Under the pieces are notes generated by a model. That model was not told the origin of the DNA and ran no database searches. It saw only the letters and a program-made list of their open reading frames with translations. A program made the translations under genes and the position numbers. A stretch of 64,000 nucleotides of DNA from Mytilus trossulus (Eukaryota). This document shows positions 1 through 12,213 of the stretch, one piece after another (position 1 is the stretch's first letter; every line of letters starts with the position of its first letter). The DNA lies in the NCBI RefSeq assembly GCF_036588685.1, contig NC_086381.1, positions 79,608,001 through 79,672,000 of the forward strand. Reading direction: 5' to 3'.

Positions 1-446
1 ATTTATGTATTATTGTCATTTTGTTTATTTTCTTTGGTTTCATCTTCTGACATCAGACTCGGACTTCTCTTGAACTGAATTTTCATGTGCGTATTGTTAT
101 GCGTTTACCTTTCTACATTGGTTAGAGGTATAGGGGGAGGGTTGAGATCTCACAAACATGTTTAACCCCGCCGCATTTTTGCGCCTGTCCCAAGTCAGGA
201 GCCTCTGGCCTTTGCTAGTCTTGTATTATTTTAATTTTAGTTTCTTGTGTAAAATTTGGAAATTAGTATGGCGTTCATTATCACTGAACTAGTATATATT
301 TGTTTAGGGGCCAGCTGAGGACGCCTCCGGGTGCGGGAATTTCTCGCTTCATTGAAGACCTGTTGGTGACCTTCTGCTGTTGTTTTTTTATTTGGTCGGG
401 TTGTTGTCTCTTTGACACATTCCCCATTTCCATTCTCAATTTTATT
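1..446 (+). repeat. Interspersed repeat family A, copy cut by the window edge
   Basis: Near-identical to 5865-6310 and to the reverse complement of 29561-29927; ends in ttctcaattttat. Confidence 0.9.
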
Positions 447-1520
447 TCAAATAATCAGCATAATCCTGGATTGGCCGATCAATATAACCTTGGTTCTTCT
501 GATCAAATAATCATGGAAGATCACCAGTTCAATGGAAGATCACATGATCAATATACACGTGGAAGATCACCTGATAAATACAATCGCGGTAGATCGCCAG
601 ATAGAAATACAACCAAGTTAAATGCCTATCGACCAGCAACACCCCCACTAAGCCATATATCATATAGCCACTAAGGACAACGGTTAGCAACTCCACGGAC
701 AAACTCCAGAAACTCGGTTATTTCAGTCACCTTCACCCGGATACAGATCAAATTAAGCTGCCTCGTCCGATATTGTCATCAGACAAACCATTTGAAAGAG
801 CTTAGCAGTACGAGGTATTATATACATGACCAGAATGTGAGCATGATTGTGGACACTGCTGCAATTATAACATTAGTAAAGGAGAAATTAACTCCGGCAG
901 ATAATGAAGATTTGGAGACCGTAACGCTACGTGGTTTGGGTGAACAGCTTGTTTTTGGGAAGATTATAAAGAACGACTCTCGACATTGATAGAGTAAACA
1001 TGCGATGGGATGTGTGCAAAGAGCCATTAACAGACGATGTTATACTTAGGCTAGATATTTTGGACACACTGAGCGCAGTGATAAATCTGAGTACATCCAC
1101 ACTTACCATCAATAATTAAGTGATAATTGCGGCATTTGTTAACAGTGGAAACGAGATTTCAACTCAGTATGTTTGCATAAAACGAACCATCACAGTTCCG
1201 CCAAACTCAGAAATGATTGTTACCATTAAAACTTATAAAAGTGCTGACCAGGAGTGCATTTCAGGACCATGCTCGCTGATTAGTTGCGAATTGGTTTCGC
1301 ACGTAGTTGGAAAAGGAAATAGTTGCCCCTTAACCATTTTAAATGATGGCAATCGTCTAATCCGCCCGCAGAAAGGTACACCTATTGATTACATAGAATA
1401 ATTTGACGATGTAGTGGGTACGGCAGATGAAAACGCGATAAGTGACGGCATGGAAGAGACACGATACAAGGTGCCCTCGGCACTGCCTCAAAGTTCAGAT
1501 AAGTTACCTACAATGTAATA
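446..1520 (+). mobile_element. Degenerate Ty3/Gypsy LTR-retrotransposon gag/aspartic protease fragment
   Basis: Retropepsin-like motif MIVDTAAIITLV; after a frameshift near 975, DDVILRLDIL (ILGxD-like) and TITVPPNSEMIV. In-frame stops present. Upstream low-complexity GRSPD repeats. Confidence 0.7.
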
Positions 1521-2078
1521 TTAACCACATTAAACCGACCTATATCAACGTTCATTCGACTCGCTTCAACCTATTTCATTCCAACCATTAAAATTTAAAG
1601 CGTTTAAGAACGATTACATAACATGTAACATATTGATTAACATTTTGAATTTCACTATTTGTTTTTTCTATATGCAGCCATATTTGCAAATGTATGTGTA
1701 ATAGATATAACCAAATTTTTTTTTTATATTTTAAAATTTTAAAATTAATTGATAACAAATTCAAGAACAAGAAGACCATTTTTAAAGAATCATTACTTTA
1801 ATTTCCGAAATTATATAGAATACTTTGCGGACAATCTTGATATTTATAACGTTTTTCCGCCATCTTGAAAATGGCAGCCATATTGGATTTTTCAGAGTGG
1901 GTCCATAGCTGAAATCTAAGGGTATATAACCAAGAACTACTGTGCAAAGTTTCATGCTTTCCTCATCAAGTGAACAATTTTGCTCAATATCTGCACCAAT
2001 CGGCCGGACTATTACACATCAGGCAAAAGAGTAAATACACTGACATCCTAAGAATATTAGAACAAACAAACTGAAAGA

Positions 2079-2352
2079 CCCTTCGTAAATTTTAAAGACG
2101 CCATAACCAGTTGGATGAACATTATGGAATAACTGTTTCACAGATGCTATCGGATATGTTGCGTATGTTGTAACTACAATACCTTTCCCTCTTCACGATT
2201 GTGACCTACCGAATTAGACTTTTTACCGGATTTGTAATAATATAAGCAACAGGCGGGTGCCACATGTAGAGCAGGATCTGCTTACCCATCCAGAGCACCT
2301 GAAATCACCCAAGTTTTTGGTGGGGTTCGAGTTGCTTAGTTTTTAGTTTTCA
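2079..2352 (+). mobile_element. Family B (Penelope-like 3' end) truncated copy
   Basis: Collinear with ~16106-16380. A reverse-oriented piece of the same tail lies at 2945-3052. Confidence 0.8.
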
Positions 2353-5300
2353 CTGCACATACTTGATGGGTTTATTGGTTAACAGTTGACAAAAAAACAA
2401 TAACACCTTGTTTTAAAAAGATCAAGATAAAAGGTATATACGTGATCAGTGGTTAAGGTACACAGATTACTTAAAATGGTTCATGATATTAGTTTTAATA
2501 CTGCACTTATGTAATATGTTGAAGACAATGTTTCCCGTCTACGTTTACATTTTTAAAACTTACCTTCTCAAGTGCATAAATATGGTGATCACAGGAAGAA
2601 TGTCATATCATATATAGTAATGGACTAAACGAATGGAAACGGGGAATGTGAATAGCAAATTAAAACATATGTGCATAAATTAAAGTTGGGAGTAAAACCT
2701 GATAGAATATTGCTTCATTTAATAGTGAACTAATCAAACGCATTGAAACTGATTTTCATTCAATTTATAACTGGCATAGAAAAGTGAGGTATCATCTTAA
2801 AAATTAGAAAGGGAGTTGTCTTTAATAAAACAAAAATAGAAACCGAGATTGATTATATAATATTACTGCTCTTGTTACCTACTAAATTTTTACGTTTTAG
2901 TTTCTTTCGTTTTTACTTATTTGTGTAGTTAAACTATTCAGTAAAAGAGAGGCGAGAGGTACCAAAGGGACAGTTAAACTCATATAAACTGACAACGCCA
3001 TGGCTAAAATGAAAAGACAAACAGACAAATAGTAGTAAACATGACATAACATACTGTAATTGTACTTATTTTCGCGGTGTATTTATTTTCACGAAATTCG
3101 TGGTCGTTTTATTATCGCAGAAATAATAACTCGCGAATCTAAATCTAAACTGTTCATCTATGCATGTTAACTTGGTCTTACATCATGTACATCGATGACA
3201 TGACATGTTTACAACCCTGTTAATCCATTAATTAAACAAACTAGATTAATTAATATCAACCGATGACAAGTACAAACTCATTAAAGATAAAAAAAAAACA
3301 TAATGACTCTAGATTAGATTTTATGAAAATAAACAAACGCAATTACGTACACACGTAGATTGTTATTAATAACCAAAGTTACAAAATTTCCACAAAATTT
3401 AACATTCACTGAGAGCGACTTTTGCTAAACCAATATGAAATGGTATAGCACCTAGATTTTACCCTCGAGGAATTATAAAAGAGTTCAATACATATTTAAT
3501 AGAGATGAATTACATGAAAACAATGAATTGTGTTTTATATAACATACAGCATTTGGCATCATCAACACATTTTTACTTCAATCATTTTGCGAGAAAAGCA
3601 GTTGATCTCTTTTGCAAAGTCAATCAGTATAGCAGTCATATATTTGTTTTTACATATTGTTGTTTTCTGATCTTTTAAAATTTGTTAACGGGAGGTTTGC
3701 CCAAATCGGACGAGACAGTTGAATTCCTTGACTCGTGTCCAATGCATTACAGGTTCATAAAAAGATATATGTTTAGATCTACTGCATTGTTTTGTAATAT
3801 GCAGATGTATTAACGTTTTATCAATCAGGTATTTACTCAGTGATTTGTTGTGCTGTAAACTTAATGTTCTGAAAAGTTCCGTCTGCTCTCTGCTGGCTTT
3901 TATGTCAACTGTGTTTATTTTGTCATTTCATAATCATCGTTAGCATGACAGGAAATTAGTTACAAATAAGTTTGACTTGAGGTAGTTGACTTGTTTCTCT
4001 GCATCCAGATTAGGTTATTAGTAACATCAAAAGAAGAGTGTCTATGTAAAACATAGAACTCATAATTTAACATACTTGTGGCCTTAATATGATCACTACC
4101 AAGCGTTATGCAAGTTGGTAAATATGCAAGATGGTGGAAGACACTACTAAACAATTTAAAACTTTCACCACCGAGTGAATGTAATGCTGACTGTAAAACA
4201 AATAGGTCTATTTATGAGTTAAATACAGAAAAAAAACAGAAAAGAATATTTTACAAAACTGTCTTCTGAATACTGTATATAAAAAAGGAGATGAGGCATG
4301 ATTGCCAATGAGACAATTTTGGTAAAATTCCAGGATAGTTAACGAAAGTTATTACAAATTCAAAATCATTAACCAGAGAGTGAATGTCATAGTTACTGTC
4401 ACAAAAACTAAGCCTATTTATAAGTAATATATAAAAACTGGATATTATTTTTTTACAGAATCTGCTTCTGTATATTACCTTATGATCATAAAATATCGTA
4501 TGTCTAAATATGTTAAAACATCTAGGATAGTTTAAGAACTATCATTTTCCTGACTTGGTACAGGCATTGTCAAATTAAGAAAAAAACAGGTGGATTGAAC
4601 CGAACGGAAGTGTCAGACAAAGCTATGATATTTCACTTATCCTCCCCTCCAAAAAAAAACTGTTGTTCTTAAATTGATCGATAACTCTGAATAGATGTAA
4701 AAATATAACGAAACTAATGATGTATTAAGTATACACATGTTATGATAAAGTGAGATATCAAAAATAAATAATACAAACAGAGCCAAACCGTTTTAGTTCA
4801 GACGATATTTCACAAAAAACATAAACATGTATATTAAACTAGTATACAATGTATACATGCAATACCATTAATAGGACTACGTATAAGTAAAATGATAGCC
4901 CCTCCATAAGCTATTCTATACATACATATTTCAGCAAGATTAATATCATAGTAGGAAAATATTGAATGCATACAATTGTTTATATAAAAAAGAAGATGTG
5001 GTATGATAGCCAATGACACAGATTTTATCAACTATAGTCACCGTACGGCATTAGTTCAAATTGACCAGTAAGTTATACAGTACAAGGACCGATTATAAAT
5101 AAACTTGTCTGAGTTTTTGTTTCACAAAGATCAATCCGAAGGCACATTTTCGTTTGCATGACATCTCTTAAATGAAATATATTTTTTTCTGAATCAATGT
5201 TTACTTCATTACATCCTATCGATTGTTTTTTATTATCCTTTGCGACGTACCATTCAGTATAATGGTTCTTTACCTAGTTAGCGAGCTGGTTATTAATAAA

Positions 5301-5774
5301 AACAAATATTGTTGTCTTCTGATAATAAAGGTGTATAGTATCCATAATTTAGTTGATTGTATAATGCATACATCAGTAATTTATTCTTGATTACGACAAA
5401 TATACGTGATAGCCTTCCGTTGACATAGTGTCACTACAGGAAGTCAGACACCACTTAGTTGCAGTATTTTGAATAGTTAGCTTCACCATGTTCACCTGAA
5501 ATTTAAAACAAAAATATAGATATGATATACACTGCAACTTTCAAATGTTGTGGCGATGTACATTTCGTCCGTGGAAACTGGTATTAGAGATTTCTACAAA
5601 AATATCCATACAGCTCAAATTTTTCACCTTAAAATCTTTTTTGGGGTTTTTCTTTTGTTATATATTATGACATTTTGAAGGTACAAAAACAATGAAAAAG
5701 CTTCAAAATGTCTGATGCAACGTTTGACATCCAAACAGAACATATGACGTCATATAGGTATATAGGATTGTGCC

Positions 5775-6310
5775 TGATGTACATATGATGAAATCATAAT
5801 CTTTCAGTCAGTTTAATTGAAGTCTGGAGCTGGCATGTCAGTTAACTGCTAGTAGTCTGTTGTTATTTATGTATTATTGTCATTTTGTTTATTTTCTTTG
5901 GTTACATCTTCTGACATCAGATTCTGACTTCTCTTGAACTGAATTTTAATGTATGTATTGTTATTCGTTTACTTTTATACATTGGCTAGAGGTATAGGGG
6001 GAGGGTTGAGATCTCACAAACATGTTTAACCCCGCCGCATTTTTGCGCCTGTCCCAAGTCAGGAGCCTCTGGTCTTTGTTAGTCTTGTATTATTTTAATT
6101 TTAGTTTCTTGTGTACAATTTGGAAATTAGTAGGGCGTTCATTATCACTGAACTAGTATATATTTGTTTAGGGGTCAGCTGAAGGACGCCTCCGGGTGCG
6201 GTAATTTCTCGCTACATTGAAGACCTGTTGGTGACCTTATGCTGTTGTTTTTTTCTATGGTCGGGTGGTTGTCTCATTGACATATTGTCCATTTCCATTC
6301 TCAATTTTAT
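5775..6310 (+). repeat. Interspersed repeat family A, longest copy
   Basis: Collinear with 1-446 over 5865-6310; the left boundary is approximate. Confidence 0.88.
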
Positions 6311-7179
6311 ATACACACGACTAGATAAACGATTGGTGATATAATTAATTAAACACAATGCAAGTGTTGACAATAAGAGAAACAGTTTTAACAGCTTGTT
6401 AGAATTGGATATCGCTTAATGTGAACTTTCGTTATTTAATCAAAATAGTAACAATATTGAAATTATATAACTCGAGTTGATATAAAGCAACATGAAACCA
6501 ATAATTATTAATTTACAACTGATTCCATAAATCATATATTTTCTGATATTTCTTTCTTCTTTATCAATATCGATTTTCCTTACCGACAAAATAGAAATGT
6601 TTGAATTGATTTTTTTTTTTAAATGTAAACATGTTGACAAAAACTCACAAAAATACAGCACTACTGAACATGCTGAAGGCCTGGATATTATAGAACTCGT
6701 CAGTAAATGTGCTACCTCTTTGATATATTCAATGTTCTATTGTTGATTACATCTCTTCTGAGGTCAACCTGGAACTGACGGCGCTGCATCACACTCAAAT
6801 CAGGTGTATCAAAATAAAAAATGAATAAAAAAAATATGTATAAAGCCCTCTGAGTGTGCTTCTTCATTTCTTTTTTTTTTTTTGAGTAATTTACTAATTA
6901 GAAAAATGTTCATTTTATAAAGTAGATTTATTCTTCCAACAACGAGTATTGTCCAATTAAATTGATGTTATATACATGTTCATAATATAGATTAGAATGA
7001 TACCGCATGTTTGCACATGTATACGAAGATAGCAGTGTTGTATATTTCTTTCAGTAAGATTGACATGATTAAAAACGTTAACTTATTTAATAAAAAAACA
7101 TGAAGGCTTGACTCAGTTAAAAATGATACCACATTGTTTTTATTGAAATATTATGATAATGGTCAAGTAGTTTCATTAA

Positions 7180-7506
7180 TGATACCGGGTATGTTCCTTA
7201 CGTCGTAACTACAATCCCCTTCCCTTTCATGAATGTGACCTACCGAATTAGACTATTTACCGAATTTGTTATCAAATAAGCAACACGACGAGTGCCACAT
7301 GTCGAACAGGATCTGCTTACCCGTCCGAAGCACCTTGGACCCTAGTTTTTGCTGGGGTTCGTGATGTTTAATCTTTAGTTTTCTATGTTTAGTTATGCGT
7401 ACCATTTTTTGTTTGTTTGACTTTTTCATTTTTAGCAATGGCGTTGTCAGTTTATTTTCGATTTATTAGTGTGACTGTCCCTCTGGTATCTTTCGTCCAT
7501 CTTTTA
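7180..7506 (+). mobile_element. Family B (Penelope-like 3' end) truncated copy
   Basis: Collinear with ~16172-16541; ends ggtatctttcgtccatctttt. Confidence 0.82.
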
Positions 7507-7539
7507 TTGATTTCATAAAAATATAAAAAAAAAAATAGA

Positions 7540-8556
7540 AATTACTCACCTCATGTTTGTGTCGTACAAATTTTATTAATAACAATTTCAATAACATGAT
7601 TATTAGAATTGTTGTCAAATTTTTAACAATAAAAATAATAACAGATTCACCACCTTATTCAATGATATTATCAAAAATAGTGAACACTAGTAGATAAACC
7701 AGATAAAAGAAATAAAGCTCCGTTGTTGTTTTTTTCAACCGCAAACAGTAAAGAAATATACTTGATCATGTTTATTAGTGAAAGCAATACAAAACTTATA
7801 TAATACAAAATTAATTTAATTTTGAATTAATGTATGATAAAAGCATTACATAAGCAATTTGCATCAAACGTAATGAAGCTGACGTTATGATGAAACTACA
7901 CATGTATGCTTGGTTTAGAGTAACAAAATATGTATATACTACGTAAAAAGCTGAATATGAACAATTAAGAAGCAACTAGCAAATCAAATTAATAAACTTT
8001 CAACATATGAAAACACAAAAAAAATTTCATCCTATATTTGCACAATTTACTTAAATGAAATTTCCAAGTTATGATTTTATGACAGTTCCAACCTAAGTGC
8101 AAACGGGTTTGATTTCATCAAGAAAAGTTAACCCAGATTGCTTCTTTGACGTAGGTTACAAATAAAATCACAAAAATACTGACCTCCGAGGAAAATTCAA
8201 AACGGAAAATCCCTAGACAAATGGCAAAATCAAAAGACAAACACATCAAACGAACGAACAACAATTTGTGTATTCCTGGTACAGGTGAGCGTCACAAGTA
8301 ATCATTAAGTTTTAGTAAAATAACTACTGAATTAAGCACAAAAACGCTATTGTTGTACAGAACACTTGAACTGGATCCTGGTACTTTATTTATCATTAAC
8401 AACTGATTGTAATGATTGACATAGTATATGTAACTATCAAATACACCGATAGCATAGTATCTTGAACGAAAATTTGTCGAAATAATTGTCCATACATCAG
8501 AGCCATCGTCTTTAGTTGATTTCATGTCACCCTCTTTATTTATCCAATAACAGCTT
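7540..8556 (+). repeat. Diverged duplicate of ~22050-23435 (exon 5 and downstream flank)
   Basis: Shared anchors gtgtcgtacaa, attatcaaaaatagt, aattaagaagcaac, plus the exon-5 paralog. Confidence 0.78.
8324..8556 (-). pseudogene. Orphan, damaged paralog of YWTD exon 5
   Basis: YWINKEGDMKSTKDDGSDVWTIISTN...YYAIGVFDSYIYY...NQLLMINKVPGSSSSVLYNN aligns to exon 5. The acceptor and first codons are absent, there is a short deletion near the 3' end, the homologous donor position reads TT, and I found no paralogs of exons 2-4 nearby. Confidence 0.8.
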
Positions 8557-11109
8557 CCAATTGCTTTTGAGCATTTCCATATGCTCAAGTCAATTGGTTT
8601 TTCGGATAAGCGAGATTTCTGAAATAAGAATGTTGGAAGGCAACACTTTTTTTAAGATGAACTCAATACACTACTGTATTTAGACCTAATTCTTTTTTTT
8701 TAAATAAAAGATTAATTAACTGTTAAAATAGCAGTAGTTATTTTATTATCGAAGTTTGGACAATAACAATAAATAATTGAATTATCATCGTTTAGACATA
8801 AGGAGAGAAACTAATGTTATCCTAATTTCGATAGAATAAATAATACACATAGTCAAGGAATAATGACTGTTCTTATCCAAATTCGGATAAGAAGAGTACA
8901 TGACGCACATAGTTAAGTATGCAGTGTGGAGATCCTTATCCAAATTCGAATAAGTACTAGTAATTTAAATTGAAAATAAAGTCGTCTTGGTTGTTATCCG
9001 AATCGGATGAGAAGAAAAACAAATTGTACATAGAAGACTTTTTTTTTCTTTCCTTTTCCGAAATAATGTTACCAAACAAATAGATTGATTTGGTACGAAG
9101 ATCCGACTACACATAAAAGCGTTATACAATAGTCCATTGGTTTTTTTTTTCTTTTGTTTGAATGTCATTGTGAGGGAGCTCAATTATTTGAGAGAGGTAA
9201 TTTGGATTAAATTTAAAAAAAAAAAAGCAGAACATGAGTTTTGATTTGAAAAAATGCAGGATGAACAACTTGACAAAAAAGCAGGATGATAATTTATATT
9301 AAAAAATGTCCGGATTTACTAATAAAAAATGAATGTCCGAAAAGAGTGAAAAAATAAGAATGCAGAACAATGACTACAACTACAAAAATATGCATGACAC
9401 AATTTGTAATCCTATTATATATATATAGGAAGATTTGGAATGAGTGCAAGTAAAAATTTATTAAAAGTAACTCGTTTTGGTTCAAGGTACGGCCTTCAAC
9501 ACGGAGGCTTACAATTCCTGTTTGAAGATTCATAAATGGAAAATGTGTAACTATAAATTGATAAAAGGATCAAATGAATAACACCTGCTCTTAGCAATAA
9601 TGTGAAAATCATGATCTTTTAAAAGCTTGCATATTGCATGTAATTTTGAAGCGCAGCATCGAATCAAACACTAAATAAGAGTTATCTGTTTATATATGAT
9701 ATGTGTCCCCTTTAATGGAAACAAAAATCTTCTATATAGAGGCTATATTTCGAAAGTTTTGATACAAATCAAACTAATATTTTTTTATTTGGTCGGGTTG
9801 TTGTCTCTTTGACACATTCCCCATTTCCATTCTCAATTTGAAATTTTATGTTAAAAATGTTTTAACAATATCTATCATAATTTTTCTTTTGAATATATAG
9901 CAATATGACTTTGTTCAGTTTGCATTATAGTTTTGTTTTATGCCAAACTAGAAGCTGAAAGAAGAGATTATTTGCACTTAATTCTAACAGGAAGTTTTTC
10001 ACTTGTGAAAAACATTTAAATACATTGACGATACTGATCCAAATATTTTTTTACACGACATGTTTTCTTAATTGTTTAATTTATCTTTAAACAATGGCTT
10101 TAAATTTAACTATACATACAATTATGTCCAGCTACTCATGCTGAAAAAGGTTAGGTATCGTCTGTTTACAGAAGAAATAAATAACTTTTAAAGTACGACA
10201 TAGAAATTCCAAAATTCCAGATGTATGACACCAACACCTAGTATTGTGTTGTATTAATTATAGATTGCGTGTATTATTGTCCAATGTTAACAACTAATTA
10301 GTTTTGTATAGGAAAAACTACATCATCAAGTTGATTTAAATTCAATGCCTTAATTATGCAATTACAAAATTGTAAAATTTTATTTGAACTATACTCTGGA
10401 TTTTTTTTTATACAAATAATTGTTCTAATTGTTCAACAATAGAAACGAAACAGATAACCAGTATGTGATGATTTTACTTTAAACTTTCCGTCTAATTCAC
10501 ATTGTTTACAATTGTGTATACTTCTCAGTTCATTTTTAACCGTGTGGAAGCACTAATGATTTATATGAACATGTATCATACCGAGTAACATACCCAATAG
10601 CAGGCAATGACTTTTTCTTAACGTATTGTGATTGTTTGAATCAAATGTCATCTTAAGATGACATTTGATCGTACTAGTAAGAGAATCGACATATATATGT
10701 TGAACGATTTATTCGTGTGATTTCAAAATTAAATAATTGAATATGTTGGTATTTACCAGATCAGCACTTTATCAAAACGTAAAGTGCTTTTCGTTGTAGT
10801 ATATTTCAAATTTCATATGATCAGCTGTAATACGATTCCAATTTGTATCTAAGACCAATTGTATTTTGGTACTAAATATTTGTTCTGCATTTTATACAGT
10901 TAGGATTTTTTTTTAATAACCTACACCTGAGATAATTGTGTTTATATTTCAAGTACGTGTCCTCACAATGAACTCATACAGGAGCAACATTTGAACTCGT
11001 AATAGTAGTGATTATTGTTCACTTATATTCGACGCCACTCCATGTGCCAAAAAAACATACTACAATCATTTATATACTAATTCACATGACCGACTTAAAT
11101 GGACGTAAT

Positions 11110-11559
11110 CAAGGAATATTATCAAAATCACGTGATGGATATACACACACCGGAAGTAACAGTCAAGCAGACCGCTTGAAAGGTAAGTAGTCGTATTTAC
11201 TTGTTTATATCAATAAATTTTAATAAATAAGGTAGTGCACCGAATGTCGGATACTATCTAGTTTTGAAATACACAATTATCCCTGCTGGAAATCGTGCAG
11301 TTAATGCTAACACTTCGACACAAAAATTCGTCGAAAATTTGGAACGGTGTCGTAATGTTTGCACAATCTGCACGCTTTCTAGCAAAAACCATTGTGTATT
11401 TTAAAACTACATACTATCCGACATTCGGTGTGCCAACTTATTAATCAAAATGTAATTGATATAAACAATAAAATGCAACTACTAACCTTTCAAGCGGCGA
11501 GTTCGACTGTAACTTCCGGTGTGTGTATATCCATCACGTGATTTTGATTGTACCCCTTG
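11110..11559. mobile_element. Foldback (almost fully palindromic) non-autonomous DNA transposon
   Basis: CAAGG...CCTTG termini; perfect 37-bp arm match 11121-11157 / 11512-11548, imperfect pairing to the centre near 11330; GTAAT directly repeated on both sides. Confidence 0.85.
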
Positions 11560-11949
11560 GTAATACAACGTTACAAACACTACATAGCGTGTTTGTTATC
11601 TTTCAAATTTGTACATACAAATACAAGTAATGTGTTTTTTTTTGTCATATATAGAGTTTGGATTTTATATCAATGAAGTCTTTGACTTTGACTTTGACTT
11701 TATGTAGTAAATCACTTTAGAAAATTGACGTTATAAAGAGAGATGCCCATGTTGGTATATCTTTTGGACTATTGTCAGTTTCTACTGTAACTGACCATAC
11801 GTTTTGATTCTTTTGTCACTATATGTGGATATACTGAATTTAATGCTGAGTGAACTTGTAGTACCTTATTTACAGATAATTGTACTAAAGAACGAAAAAA
11901 AGTGTCATGTTTAGAAATGTTTTGATTAATATCGCTAGTGCACTTATAA

Positions 11950-12213
11950 ATAAAATTGAGAAAGGAAATGGGGGATGTGTCAAAGCGACAACAACCCAGC
12001 CATAGAGCAGACAACAGCCGAAAGCCACAAATAGGTCTTCAATGTAGCGAAAATTCCCGCACCTGTAGGTGCCCTTCAGTTGGCCCCTAAAAATATGTTT
12101 ACTAGTATAGTGATAATGGACGTCATAATAAACTCCGAATTATACACAAGAAACTAAAATAAAAATCATACAATACTAACAAAGGCCAGAGGCTCCTGAC
12201 TTAAGAGAGGCCC
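11950..12213 (-). repeat. Interspersed repeat family A, truncated copy
   Basis: Reverse match to the family A 3' half. Absent from the paralogous site near 48110. Confidence 0.85.

Noticed and set aside
300-674. 124-aa ORF
   Set aside because: Chimeric: the first half is family A repeat, the second half is Gypsy gag relic; non-ATG start.
3960-4190. Acceptor-flanked open frame containing DVTNNLIW
   Set aside because: No convincing propeller or other domain pattern; kept only as an unsupported exon candidate.
5405-5489. IQNTATKWCL as a ricin-B lectin start
   Set aside because: Only a short resemblance; no further QxW or trefoil exons found downstream.
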